Below, one piece after another: positions 1 to 11,661 of a DNA stretch of 64,000 nt. The notes beneath the pieces are model-generated. The model did no database searches, was not told the origin of the DNA, and worked only from the letters and a program-made list of their open reading frames with translations. A program made the translations under genes and the position numbers. The DNA comes from Myxococcales bacterium. Lineage in GTDB: Bacteria > Myxococcota_A > Polyangia > Polyangiales > Polyangiaceae. The stretch is taken from assembly GCA_021847645.1 (NCBI GenBank), contig JAJZQG010000003.1, positions 26,775 to 90,774 on the forward strand. The letters are read 5' to 3'. Each line of letters begins with the position of its first letter. Position 1 is the stretch's first letter.

Positions 1-129
1 GAGCAACCCAACCTGGCGGGGGCCCAGCCGCGGGAGTCGGACCTGCTCATTCACCTGCTGCAGCTGTGGCTCACGCGGGACCCGGGAACGCCCTATCGGT
101 AGGCGTGCCGGCAGCGCGTGCCGCGGTGT

Positions 130-762
130 CTAAGGTGTTGCAGCCGGCGCGAAGCCTCCCTGATGATCGTGGCACTGCCCGCACCACGCGCCGTCGTGCG
201 GATCGCCGTCGCCGGTCCTGCGATAGTGGGAAGTCGCCGTGTGGCATACCTCGCACAGCCCCGTGCCCGGTTCGGCCCCCGGCACTCCGGCGCGCACGAG
301 GCCGTCGGCGCTCGCCCCCTGCCTCTGCGTAAAGTGGATATCGACCTTGCGTCCGTCGGGCGTGGTCAGCATTTCCCGCACGAGGGCCGCATTCCTGCTG
401 CCGTGCGGGTCGTGGCAAACATTGCACGACGACGCGGTCGGATGGGCCACTTCGCTGTGGCAGCTGGAGCATTCCGCGCCGGAGCGATGCCCCGGGCCAG
501 GGGTGGCGGACACCTGCTGATGGCACACGGGGCAGCCGAGCACGAGCTGATGGGACGATGCATTGCGCCAGGCCGATTGCACCTCGACGTGGCACGACAG
601 GCAGTCGGAGACGGTCTGCTCGTCGGTGCCGACGCCGTTGGGCGGTGGCAGGTCGGAAGACGAGGCTGCGGGAACGGGCGCCGGATCGGCGGTGAGGCTG
701 CCTTGTGCTTCGGGGCCGCAGGCCGAGAGCGCGATCAGGAAAGCGGGAATGAGCGTTCTCAT
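130..762 (-). CDS. multihaem c-type cytochrome lipoprotein (six CxxCH motifs), probable electron-acceptor subunit of the adjacent dehydrogenase
   Basis: ORF 130..807(-). The internal ATG at 762 gives the lipoprotein signal MRTLIPAFLIALSAC. Motifs CLSCH, CPVCH, CSSCH, CNVCH, CEVCH and CGQCH are present. The start overlaps the stop of the upstream GMC gene (ATGA). Confidence 0.7.
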   Translation of the reverse strand: MRTLIPAFLIALSACGPEAQGSLTADPAPVPAASSSDLPPPNGVGTDEQTVSDCLSCHVEVQSAWRNASSHQLVLGCPVCHQQVSATPGPGHRSGAECSSCHSEVAHPTASSCNVCHDPHGSRNAALVREMLTTPDGRKVDIHFTQRQGASADGLVRAGVPGAEPGTGLCEVCHTATSHYRRTGDGDPHDGAWCGQCHDHQGGFAPAATP

Positions 763-2397
763 GGGCGCGGGTCTTCCGCATCGACCAGATGCGCAGCCGT
801 GCGCCACGCCAGCGCCTGCTGCGTCAGAGTCGGGTTGAACGCCGTCGAAGTGGGGAAGACCCCGCCGTCCGCCACCCAGACGTTCTGCAGATCGTGCAGG
901 CGTCCCCAGGGGTCGGTGACCGAACGGGTCGGGTCCGTGCCCATCCGCGTGGTGCCCAGCAGGTGCTTGGTGTCAGGGATTCCCGTGCGCGCGGCGCCGT
1001 CTTCCTCCATCACCTCCACGGCCCCCGCGGCCGTGGCGATCGCTTTGAGCTTGGGCATGTAACGGTCGATCACGGCTTGATCGTGGGGGCTGGCGTGCGT
1101 ACGTGATCCGCGCTACCGGCTGGCCGTACACGTCGCGCACGTCGGGGTCGAGCTCTACGCGATTGTCGAGGACGGGCAGATCCTCGCCCATCATCGATAC
1201 CGCCGCAATCCGCCGACGGTACTTGCCGCTCTTCATCAGGTCCTTGTGCAGCAGCCAGGGGTAGCTGACACCTTCCTGCACCGGGCGAATCTGGCCGCCG
1301 AGCTCCACGTATCCCCCTCGCACGAAGTCGTCGCTCCCGTCGTGGACCGTGAAGTCGGCCAGCGCGTGGGTGACCACCCGGCCACGGTACGACCGTATCT
1401 CCTGGTCGAAAACGCCGATGGCCGCGAACACGATATGGAACATCAGATAACGCCCGACCAGCCCCGAGCTGTTCCCGAGTCCGTCGGGGTGGGCGGAGCT
1501 CGACGACAACAGCATCAGCCGCGGAGTTTCAATCGCGTTGCCGGCAAGGACCACGTGACGCGCCGTTGCCACGCTTTCGCGCCCCGAGCGGTCGATGTAG
1601 CGCACCCCCGTGGCGATCTCGCCCGAGGGCGACGTCTCCACGCGGATGGCGCACGACTCGGGCAGCAGGGTGCAATTGCCGGTCAGCACGGCGTCGCGAA
1701 CCACGGTGACGGCGGTGGAGCCCTTGGCGTTGATGGGGCAGCCGAACAGGCAGAAGCCGCAATTGACGCACGCCGGCCGACCTCGGTAGGCCACGGAATT
1801 GAGCGCCATGGGCATGGGGTGCGGGTGGTAACCCAGGCTCTGCGCGCCGATCGTGAGCAGGTGCGCGCCTTTGGGGACGTAGCCGGGCGGCATGGGATAC
1901 TCGCCTCTGGGCTCGGCGAACGGGTCGGCGCCAGCCCGGCCTTGTACGCCTATCAGACGCTCCGTCTCGTCGAAGTAGGGCGCCAGGTCGGAATAGGAGA
2001 TCGGCCAATCCACCACGTCGGCCCCGTCCACCGGACCGAACAGCGAGAGCAGCCGCAGATCGGCCTGCTGCACCCGCGGGCTGTCGGCGTCGTACTGCAC
2101 CGTGCCGCCGCCCACCGTCACGCCCAGGCCCTGCACGGCGCCGGTCACGATCCGTGCGCCTTGCCCCTTGCGAAAGGTCCTGGGCTCGATGAACGGATCC
2201 TGAAACGCATAGTAGCGCCGGCCCCGGATCTCGTCGTTGCCGTAGAGCGAGCCGCGCAGCTCCGCCTGCCCCAACGTGGGATAGGCGTTGCGTCCTTTCT
2301 CGAGCAAGGCGACCTTCCAACCGCGCGACGCCAGCACTCAGGCCGCCACGCCGCCTCCCGCGCCCGAGCCCACGATGACCGCGTCGAAGTCCGTCGA
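759..2397 (-). pseudogene. GMC-family FAD oxidoreductase (dehydrogenase large subunit) disrupted by an in-frame TGA and a frameshift
   Basis: The N-terminus DFDAVIVGSGAGGGVAA is followed by TGA (2338-2340) and then VLASRGWKVALLEKG. The GMC body lies in ORF 973..2337. The C-terminus (HDQAVIDRYMPKLKAIATAAGA...GTTRMGTDP...SVTD...NVWVADGGVFPTS) lies in another frame (ORF 759..1073). The frame switch is near 1095-1118. Confidence 0.6.
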
Positions 2398-2406
2398 TCC
2401 CACGGC

Positions 2407-3168
2407 TCAGCCCTCCTCGGGGTACATCATCTGATGGGCCGTGAAGCCCACTGGCTGCCGGTCTCCCTCGTAGTCGACCGATTGCCACCCGCTCATCTGC
2501 GAGTTGCCGCCGTACACCGGATCGCCGTAGGTCCCCTCCACGGCGTGCTCGTAGGCCATCTGTACGAACGCGCCGTCGGCCTGGGACAGCATCGCGCGCC
2601 GATCGTCGAGAGCCAGCATCGCAAAGCCTTGTCCGTAGGTCTCTCGTGCGGCCTGGTCCAGCGCATCGAGCCCCTGGCGGTAGCGGTCCACCAGACCGAC
2701 TACCGGTCCGTTGAATTCCCGCTCGGCGATCCCCTGCGAGCCCTCGAGGTACGTGCGCCAGCGAATCTCCTCGACCCGCGTCAGCGCCTGGAAGTGCGAG
2801 AAGCCGTCGAGCCCGCCATGGCGGCCGGAGTACGGTCCGCCCGCGAAGATGCGAGGCGGGTCGTGCCGGAACGCCCCGAAGAGCTGGTCGATATACCACG
2901 CAGCGTGAGCGCCGGTGGCCCCCGCGAAATCGTCGTCCGACGGCACCAGGGCGTCGACCAGGGCGCATAGCAGGGCATAGTGGGCCGCGTCGAGCACGGT
3001 TCCCTGCGGGATGGGCCACGGGCCGATGTTCGAGGGGGGTGTGTCGGCCGCGGGCTCGGACGATGAGCACCCGGCAGCAGCGGGCCCGAGGAGGGGCGGC
3101 GCGCAGATCAGCAAGACGGCTCCGCCCAGGAAACGGCGGCGGCTCGTGAGCGGGCGTGAGGTGGTCAT
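2407..3168 (-). CDS. gluconate 2-dehydrogenase subunit 3 family protein (small subunit of a GMC dehydrogenase complex), TAT-signal lipoprotein
   Basis: An internal ATG gives MTTSRPLTSRRRFLGGAVLLICAPPLLGPAAAGC (twin-arginine motif plus lipobox). It is followed directly by the GMC flavoprotein gene on the same strand. Confidence 0.7.
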   Translation of the reverse strand: MTTSRPLTSRRRFLGGAVLLICAPPLLGPAAAGCSSSEPAADTPPSNIGPWPIPQGTVLDAAHYALLCALVDALVPSDDDFAGATGAHAAWYIDQLFGAFRHDPPRIFAGGPYSGRHGGLDGFSHFQALTRVEEIRWRTYLEGSQGIAEREFNGPVVGLVDRYRQGLDALDQAARETYGQGFAMLALDDRRAMLSQADGAFVQMAYEHAVEGTYGDPVYGGNSQMSGWQSVDYEGDRQPVGFTAHQMMYPEEG

Positions 3169-3296
3169 GGGGCGAGGGACGCTATCGGTGAGTGGAAATC
3201 GTGTCAATCGACGGGGAGGGCAGAGCGATGCTGCGTGCCGGGACGGCAGTGGGAAGGGCTCGGGAGAGGGCCAGGGAGCGGAGAGGAAACGGCGGG

Positions 3297-5588
<2,292 letters not shown>

Positions 5589-5669
5589 GGCGAGCGAAGT
5601 ACCAAGTTCTCCCGCCGAATACAATGCTCGGCGCGTTGTTCGGTCGACGATATCGAGGTTCACGGAAGC

Positions 5670-6170
5670 ATGACCCGCGCATTCCAACCAGACCACGCGC
5701 CCAAGCACGGCGCCGTGCGCAGCGCTGCGAGGCCTTGTCGCACGGCCGGCGACTCACCCGTCGTCCGCCCGCTGTTCGGCCTCGCCATCGCCCTGCTGCT
5801 TGCCTGCTCGTGCCGCGGCGACCCGGCCAAGGACCAGGCCGCCGCTCTGGTCCGCCTCGTCTCCGATCTGCGTGACGCCCCCAACGCGGCCAAGCGAGGT
5901 CCCCTCGATCGCCTCCAGGCCATGACCTGCTCGTTCTCCGACGTCTGCGAAGCGCAAGCCGCCTGTGTCGACGCCTACAAGCACCACGTGCACGGCATCG
6001 AGATCGGCGCGCACCTGCACGACGTCGACGCTTCCGCGCCCGGCCAGGACGAGTCCACCGGACTGACCATGCGCCTGCTCGAGATGAACCTCGAGATCGA
6101 GGAGGGCAAGTCGCGCATGCCCCTGTGCGAAGAGAAGATGGCCGCGCTTCGCGTGGCCCACAACGTCTGA
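5670..6170 (+). CDS. hypothetical lipoprotein
   Basis: High-GC3 ORF embedded in the spurious 3192..6170 frame. It has a signal/lipobox LFGLAIALLLACSC. An alternative GTG start lies at 5715. Its stop is convergent with the bestrophin gene (tgaGtca). Confidence 0.5.
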   Translation: MTRAFQPDHAPKHGAVRSAARPCRTAGDSPVVRPLFGLAIALLLACSCRGDPAKDQAAALVRLVSDLRDAPNAAKRGPLDRLQAMTCSFSDVCEAQAACVDAYKHHVHGIEIGAHLHDVDASAPGQDESTGLTMRLLEMNLEIEEGKSRMPLCEEKMAALRVAHNV

Positions 6171-6171
6171 G

Positions 6172-7065
6172 TCAGCCGCGTTCCGCCCGCAGCGACTCGT
6201 CCAGGATCTCGCGCGTGCTCTGGTCGATCGTGGCCTGGATCCGATCGATGGGCAGATCGTTGGCGTCGTATCCGAACGGATCCTCGATCTCCACGCCGAT
6301 CTCGTCGATGCCGAACAGCGCGAAGCCCAGCACCCCAGCCGCAACCGGCGTGTACCAGCGCAGTGCGTCGACCATCGCGAACGGCACCGTGAAGCAGAAC
6401 AGCAGCACGAACGTCTTGATGTGGTGCGCGTACGCAAACGGAACGGGCGTCTTCACAATCCGCTCGCACCCCCCGAGATTGTCCAGCAACGCCGTGACGT
6501 TGCCGTCGAGCGCGAGCAGCATCGTGTCGCCGAGCTTGCCTTCGCGGTGAAGCTGCACCACCCGCGACGAGATCATCGTCGCCACGACCGGCGCGCGCCC
6601 CTGGTGCGGCTCGATCGCCTCGCGGTCCCGATCGGTGAGCAGCCCGCCCAGCGCGCCCAGGTCCCGCTCGCCGCGCAACCCCTGCATCGAAGTGGCGTAG
6701 AACACGACGACATAGCGTCGAATGTCCTCGAGCGCGGCCACGGTCGCCGCGTCGCGCTCGCGCACGAAAGTGGCTGCCTGACGCACCAGATCCCGGCATC
6801 GGTTGACCATGGCCCCGAGCAGCTTGCGCCCTTCCCAGTACCGGTCGTAGGAGGCGTTCGTGCGGAACACCAGCAGCAAGCCGAGGGCCACGCCGATCAT
6901 CGTGTGCGCGATCGGTGGAACCTTCGTGCCCTCGCGCTCGTACAACCACGTCGCGATCACGCCGATGGCGGCGACCAGCAACGTGCGCCACAGCAGCCGC
7001 GGCAATACGGTCCCGCGCACCCGCACTGCGATGCGGAACCAGTGTCTGGGCTCGTAGTCGATCAT
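6172..7065 (-). CDS. bestrophin/YneE (UPF0187) family anion channel protein
   Basis: MIDYEPRHWFRIAVRVRGTVLPRLLWRTLLVAAIGV... is typical of the bacterial bestrophin-like family. Confidence 0.75.
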   Translation of the reverse strand: MIDYEPRHWFRIAVRVRGTVLPRLLWRTLLVAAIGVIATWLYEREGTKVPPIAHTMIGVALGLLLVFRTNASYDRYWEGRKLLGAMVNRCRDLVRQAATFVRERDAATVAALEDIRRYVVVFYATSMQGLRGERDLGALGGLLTDRDREAIEPHQGRAPVVATMISSRVVQLHREGKLGDTMLLALDGNVTALLDNLGGCERIVKTPVPFAYAHHIKTFVLLFCFTVPFAMVDALRWYTPVAAGVLGFALFGIDEIGVEIEDPFGYDANDLPIDRIQATIDQSTREILDESLRAERG

Positions 7066-7188
7066 GGCACCCCTGTACCACGGGTTGGGCCGCGGGAGTG
7101 ACGGCTGCCGCTGCCCCCCCCGGGCGCCTACCAGGGGCTCCCAGGTTCTGCCAGGACGTGCTAGAAGCTCCGTACCCTAGGAATCCCC

Positions 7189-8811
7189 ATGTTCGAAGCA
7201 CTCACCAAAGGCTTCCGGCAGGCCCGCAATCGCCTCGCTGGACTCACCGAGCTCAACGAAGCCAACCTCGAACCCGCGCTGCGCGAAGTGCGCTTGAGCC
7301 TGCTCGAGGCCGACGTCGACCTGGGCGTGGTCAAGGCGTTCCTCGCGACGGTCAAGGAGCATGCGTTGGGCCAGACGGTCCAGACGCGCGTGAAGGCGGA
7401 CGGGGCGCAGCACGAGGTGTCGGCCAGCGACCAGTTCATCAAGCTCTGCCACGACGAGCTCGTGGACATGATGCAGTTCGACGGCGAGCCGATCACGTTT
7501 GCGCAGACCGGTCCGACCGGCATCATGATGGTGGGCCTGCAGGGCTCGGGCAAGACGACCTCTGCCGCCAAGCTGGCGCGCTGGCTCTCGAAGGAAGGCA
7601 AGAAGCCCCTGCTGGTGGCCGCCGACATGCAACGTCCCGCCGCCGTCGAGCAGCTCCAAATCCTCGGCCGTCAGATCGGCATTCCGGTCTTCAACCTGCC
7701 CCACAAGAGCCCGGTCGAGATCTGCTCGGCCGCGGTCGAAGAGGCCAAGCGCAAGAGCCACGACGTCATCATTTTCGACACCGCTGGCCGTCTGGCGATC
7801 GACGACGCCTTGATGGAAGAGCTCGACGAGATCAAGGCGAACGTCTGGCCGGAGAACATCTACCTGGTGGTCGACGCGATGATCGGCCAGGACGCCGTCA
7901 AGACGGCCAAGGCATTCCACGAGAAGCTGGCGCTGACGGGGGTCGTGCTGACCAAGCTCGACGGCGACGCGCGCGGCGGTGCGGCCTTGTCGATCAAGCA
8001 GGTCACCGGCGCGCCGGTCATCTTCAGCGGTGTCGGCGAGGGCACCGACCGCTTCGAGCCCTTTCGCGCCGACGGCATGGCCGGCCGCATTCTGGGCTTC
8101 GGCGACGTCGTTGGCCTGATGCAGGACTTCGAGGAGGTGATCGACAAGAAGGAAGCGAGCGAGAAGGCCCTGAAGATGATGCAGGGCGACTTCAGCTTCG
8201 ACGACTTCTTGGAGCAGGTGCGCACGATCCAGAAGATGGGGTCGCTGCGCGACCTGGTGGACAAGATGCCCTTCTTCCCGGGCGGCCTGCCCGAAGGGGT
8301 CAATCTGGACGATCGGGAGCTGGTGCGCATCGAGGCCATGATCCAGTCGATGACCCCCGCGGAGAAGGCCGACGCGTACGTGCTGGTGCGGGAGCCGTCG
8401 CGGGTCAAGCGCATCGCCAAGGGCTCCGGCCAGCCCGAAGTGGGCGTGCAGGAGCTGGTGCAGAAGTTCCTGTTCATGCGCCAGATGATGGGCTCGATGT
8501 CCGGCAACCTCGGCCTGCTCGGCAAGATTCCCGGCATCAAGCAGATGGCCACGGCGCGCAAGATCAAGAAGGCGATGGCCGGAGGCGGCATGCCCAACAT
8601 GGGCGACCTGTTCGGAGGCATGGGCGGCATGCCCGGCCTCGGCGGCTTCCCGGGGATGGGCGGCCTGCCCGGCATGGACCCGTCGATGCTCGCCGCCGAC
8701 GGTGCGCGCGAGAGCATCACCAAGATGAAGCCGCTGTCCAAGTCCGAGAAGAACGCGAAGAAAGCGCAGCGCAAGCGCGAGCGCGACGCGCGCAAGAAGT
8801 CACGCAAGTAG
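7189..8811 (+). CDS. ffh: signal recognition particle protein Ffh
   Basis: The NG domain motif GLQGSGKTTSAAKLA and the Met/Gly-rich M-domain tail are present. An AGGAA SD lies 7 nt upstream of the ATG. Confidence 0.95.
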   Translation: MFEALTKGFRQARNRLAGLTELNEANLEPALREVRLSLLEADVDLGVVKAFLATVKEHALGQTVQTRVKADGAQHEVSASDQFIKLCHDELVDMMQFDGEPITFAQTGPTGIMMVGLQGSGKTTSAAKLARWLSKEGKKPLLVAADMQRPAAVEQLQILGRQIGIPVFNLPHKSPVEICSAAVEEAKRKSHDVIIFDTAGRLAIDDALMEELDEIKANVWPENIYLVVDAMIGQDAVKTAKAFHEKLALTGVVLTKLDGDARGGAALSIKQVTGAPVIFSGVGEGTDRFEPFRADGMAGRILGFGDVVGLMQDFEEVIDKKEASEKALKMMQGDFSFDDFLEQVRTIQKMGSLRDLVDKMPFFPGGLPEGVNLDDRELVRIEAMIQSMTPAEKADAYVLVREPSRVKRIAKGSGQPEVGVQELVQKFLFMRQMMGSMSGNLGLLGKIPGIKQMATARKIKKAMAGGGMPNMGDLFGGMGGMPGLGGFPGMGGLPGMDPSMLAADGARESITKMKPLSKSEKNAKKAQRKRERDARKKSRK

Positions 8812-8872
8812 GGAGTGCATACCTTGGCGGCGCCGCTCGTGGCGCCGCAGTCAACCGAAGGGGAGACGTACG

Positions 8873-10303
8873 ATGGCAGGACGATCCAGCAAGTGGGCAC
8901 TGGCGTTCATCACGGTCGCGATGGTTGGGATGGGGTGCGTGGGCGGATCGAAGTCGGCGACGGTCGACAAGGAAGCGCTCAAGCAATACATCCTCGACGC
9001 GCCGCCGGCGAACATTCCCCACCGCATCGATGCCGACTTCGAGGGCAAGGCCAAGCTGCTCGGCTACGCCATCAGCCCGGAGGGGACGGTGGGCAATGGC
9101 GCCGAGGTCAAGCTGACCCTGTACTGGCAGTGCACCGGCAAGATCGACGAGGGCTGGGGCTTGTTCACCCACGTCCTGGACAACGCCGGAAACCGTTTGC
9201 TCAACATCGACAATGTCGGCCCGCTGCGCGCCTGGGTCGACACCCACCAGGCACTCGCTCCCTCGTACTGGGAGAAGGGCAAGGTGTATGTCGACGAGCA
9301 GACCTTCCGCATGCCCGACAACATGACCACGCCGGAAGTGACCATCGTGACCGGCATCTGGAAGGGCGAGGCGCGGCTCAAGATCATCTCCGGTCCCCAC
9401 GACAACGAGAACCGCGCGATCGTGGCCCACCTCAAGACCGGTGTCGCACCCAAGCCCAAGCCCAACCTGACCATGATCAAGACGCTCCGTGTCGACAAGC
9501 TAGCCGACAAGGAGACCATCACCATCGACGGCAAGCTCGACGAAGAAGCGTGGAAGAAGGCGGCCACCACTGGCCCTTTTGTCGACGTGGGGAGCGGCGA
9601 GCCTAATCCGTCGTTCCCCGTGCAGGGGTCCGCCAAACTCCTCTGGGATGACAAGAACTTCTACGTGGCATTCGAGGTCAAGAGCAGGACCGTGGTCGGC
9701 GGCTGGCCCAAGGACGCCAAGGACCCCCACCTGTGGGAGAAGGATACCGTCGAGATCATGGTCGACCCCGACGGTGACGGCGACAACAAGGACTACTACG
9801 AGATCCAGATCAACCCGCAGAACCTCGTGTTCGACACGCAGTACGACGACTACAACAAGCCCAAGGACGACTCGAAGAACGTCTTCGGCCACATGGAGTG
9901 GTCGGCCAAGGTCAAGTCCGCGGTCGTCGTGCAAGGCGAGCTGGACAAGCCGAACGGTGCGCAGGGCTACACCGTCGAAGCCGCCATCCCGTGGGCCTCG
10001 TTCGCGAAAGCCGCTCGCACGCCCCCCAAGCCGGGTGACACGTGGCGCTTCAACTTCTACGCCATGAAGAACAACTCTGGCGTAGCCTGGTCGCCCATCC
10101 TGGGCCAGGGCAACTTCCACCGCGCCTCGCGCTTCGGCCGCGTCGTCTTCGCGCTCCCCGGCCAGCCCCTGCCCGCGGCCTCCGCGTCGGCGGCCCCTGG
10201 ACCCTCCAGCTCCGCTCCTGCCGCACCGTCGGCCTCCGGCCCCCATCCGCTCCTGCCCCCGCACGTCCCCGCCCCCAAGCCCTCCGCTCCTTCCCCGCAC
10301 TGA
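8873..10303 (+). CDS. secreted lipoprotein with CBM9-like (carbohydrate-binding family 9/DOMON-like) domain and Pro/Ala/Ser-rich tail
   Basis: Signal plus lipobox MVGMGC. The domain runs ITIDGKLDEEAWKKA...DKNFYVAFEV...YYEIQINPQN...DTWRFNFYAMK. Confidence 0.65.
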   Translation: MAGRSSKWALAFITVAMVGMGCVGGSKSATVDKEALKQYILDAPPANIPHRIDADFEGKAKLLGYAISPEGTVGNGAEVKLTLYWQCTGKIDEGWGLFTHVLDNAGNRLLNIDNVGPLRAWVDTHQALAPSYWEKGKVYVDEQTFRMPDNMTTPEVTIVTGIWKGEARLKIISGPHDNENRAIVAHLKTGVAPKPKPNLTMIKTLRVDKLADKETITIDGKLDEEAWKKAATTGPFVDVGSGEPNPSFPVQGSAKLLWDDKNFYVAFEVKSRTVVGGWPKDAKDPHLWEKDTVEIMVDPDGDGDNKDYYEIQINPQNLVFDTQYDDYNKPKDDSKNVFGHMEWSAKVKSAVVVQGELDKPNGAQGYTVEAAIPWASFAKAARTPPKPGDTWRFNFYAMKNNSGVAWSPILGQGNFHRASRFGRVVFALPGQPLPAASASAAPGPSSSAPAAPSASGPHPLLPPHVPAPKPSAPSPH

Positions 10304-10428
10304 TCGCCCTGAATGCCCGCCAGGCCGCTTGCGCGCCCTGCCGGATCGTGCTGCGATGTCCCGCCCGCTCGTCCTACGGTGTCGGATCGGATTCCGCGCC
10401 CTCCACGAACGCAGCAAAGCATCTTCCC

Positions 10429-10987
10429 CATGACCCCCGGTTCCCATTCGGCCCTGTATGTCGCTGGCGGCAGCGTCGTCACCATCCTTGCCGTGGCCCT
10501 CGGCGTGCGCGCCGTCTCCCCGCCCCCACCCAGGTCCGCCGCCGCATCCGCCCAATCCCCGTTCACCAGCCTCAACGGCCCCGGCGCCCAGCAAGGCTTG
10601 CCCGCCGGCGCCTCCTCCGCCGCGGCCGCCGGGTACCGCGTCGAGCAAGCCGTCCCCATCGAGCTTGGCGGCCAGCCCGGCATCGCCGTCCGCTTCAGCG
10701 GCCAGGGGCTCGACGCCGCCGGCAAGCAGATGGCCGCGCGCGATATCTTTCGACGCATGAAGGACGACGCCGAGTCTGCGGGCGCTCAGGTGCTCGTCAT
10801 CTCGTATGGGGAAGAATTGCCGGCCCCGGGCGACAAGCCCAGCGCCGAAGACAACTTCATCTTCATGCGCCAGCCCGACGGAACCTGGGCTCGCCTGCGA
10901 ACCGATGCGCCTCCGGACGAGTCGGCCTCCGCGGCGCCACCCGCCGGTTCCGTTCCCTTGCATCGGGTCGTGCCCGCGCCCAAGTAG
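10429..10987 (+). CDS. hypothetical membrane-anchored protein
   Basis: The internal ATG gives MTPGSHSALYVAGGSVVTILAVALGV (N-terminal TM helix). The rest is Ala/Pro-rich. High GC3. Confidence 0.45.
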
Positions 10988-10995
10988 CCCGACGC

Positions 10996-11012
10996 CGCGC
11001 GCTCGCCTGCGA
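10996..11012. terminator. short GC hairpin between convergent genes (possible bidirectional terminator)
   Basis: gcgcGCTCGcctgCGAGCtac lies between the stop codons at 10987 (+) and 11014 (-). Confidence 0.2.
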
Positions 11013-11013
11013 G

Positions 11014-11589
11014 CTACTTCAGCTTCGTCAGAGCCTCATCCATGCCCGCAAGCAGGCTGGCGGCGTTGCTCTCGTCGTAGAAGTACTTGTACTGGGGTCG
11101 AGGGGCATGAATCGAGTCGTCGACCACGCCTTGCGAGGAAAGGAACAACGTGCGTGGGATGTACTCACCGTCGGGCGCGAACTTCGCGCTCAGCTCCGTG
11201 TTCTTGTCCTTGTCCAGGTGGATCATGACGAACTGCCTGGCCTTGTCGACCACGCGAGGATCGCTGAAGACCTTGCGATAGTTCCTGCAGTGGGGGCACC
11301 ACTGCGTGTAGAAGACGAGGCAGATCGGCTTGTGCTCGGCCTTGGCCGCGGCCAGACCTTCGTCGAAGCCCATCCACTTGATCTGCGCGTCGTTCCAGTC
11401 TTCCGCTGCTGCCGCGGGCGGCGGGGCGGTCCGGGCCGGCGGGACCGCCGCCGAAGCCACAGCCGCGGTCGTGTGCGGCGCGGGTGTGGCCTTGGTCGAT
11501 TGGCCTCCCGCGTCGCATCCGGCGAGCAGGACGGCGGACGCGATGACGACGAGGAAACGGGTGGGGATGGCGAGCGACATGCGCCGCAT
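11014..11589 (-). CDS. thioredoxin-fold lipoprotein (WCPHC active site; DsbD-gamma/thioredoxin_7-like)
   Basis: Lipobox VLLAGC; Ala/Pro linker; FYTQWCPHCRNY. Confidence 0.75.
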   Translation of the reverse strand: MRRMSLAIPTRFLVVIASAVLLAGCDAGGQSTKATPAPHTTAAVASAAVPPARTAPPPAAAAEDWNDAQIKWMGFDEGLAAAKAEHKPICLVFYTQWCPHCRNYRKVFSDPRVVDKARQFVMIHLDKDKNTELSAKFAPDGEYIPRTLFLSSQGVVDDSIHAPRPQYKYFYDESNAASLLAGMDEALTKLK

Positions 11590-11661
11590 GCTGTCACATT
11601 TCGGCTTCGGTTGCCCGGGTTTCGAGGCGTACGACCGCGCCGTTTCCCCCGTGGAACCGGG

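Noticed and set aside
167-183. sigma-54-like TGGCAC-N5 motif
   Set aside because: It lacks the -12 TTGC element and lies inside the cytochrome coding region.
2338-2340. TGA as selenocysteine or programmed recoding
   Set aside because: It falls within the FAD-binding N-terminus where no Sec is expected. No SECIS-like hairpin is apparent. A second frameshift in the same gene favours pseudogene or sequence error.
6915-9116. 733-aa + strand ORF overlapping ffh
   Set aside because: It is an Arg/Gly/Pro-rich alternative frame. ffh (7189..8811) and the CBM9 lipoprotein account for the region.
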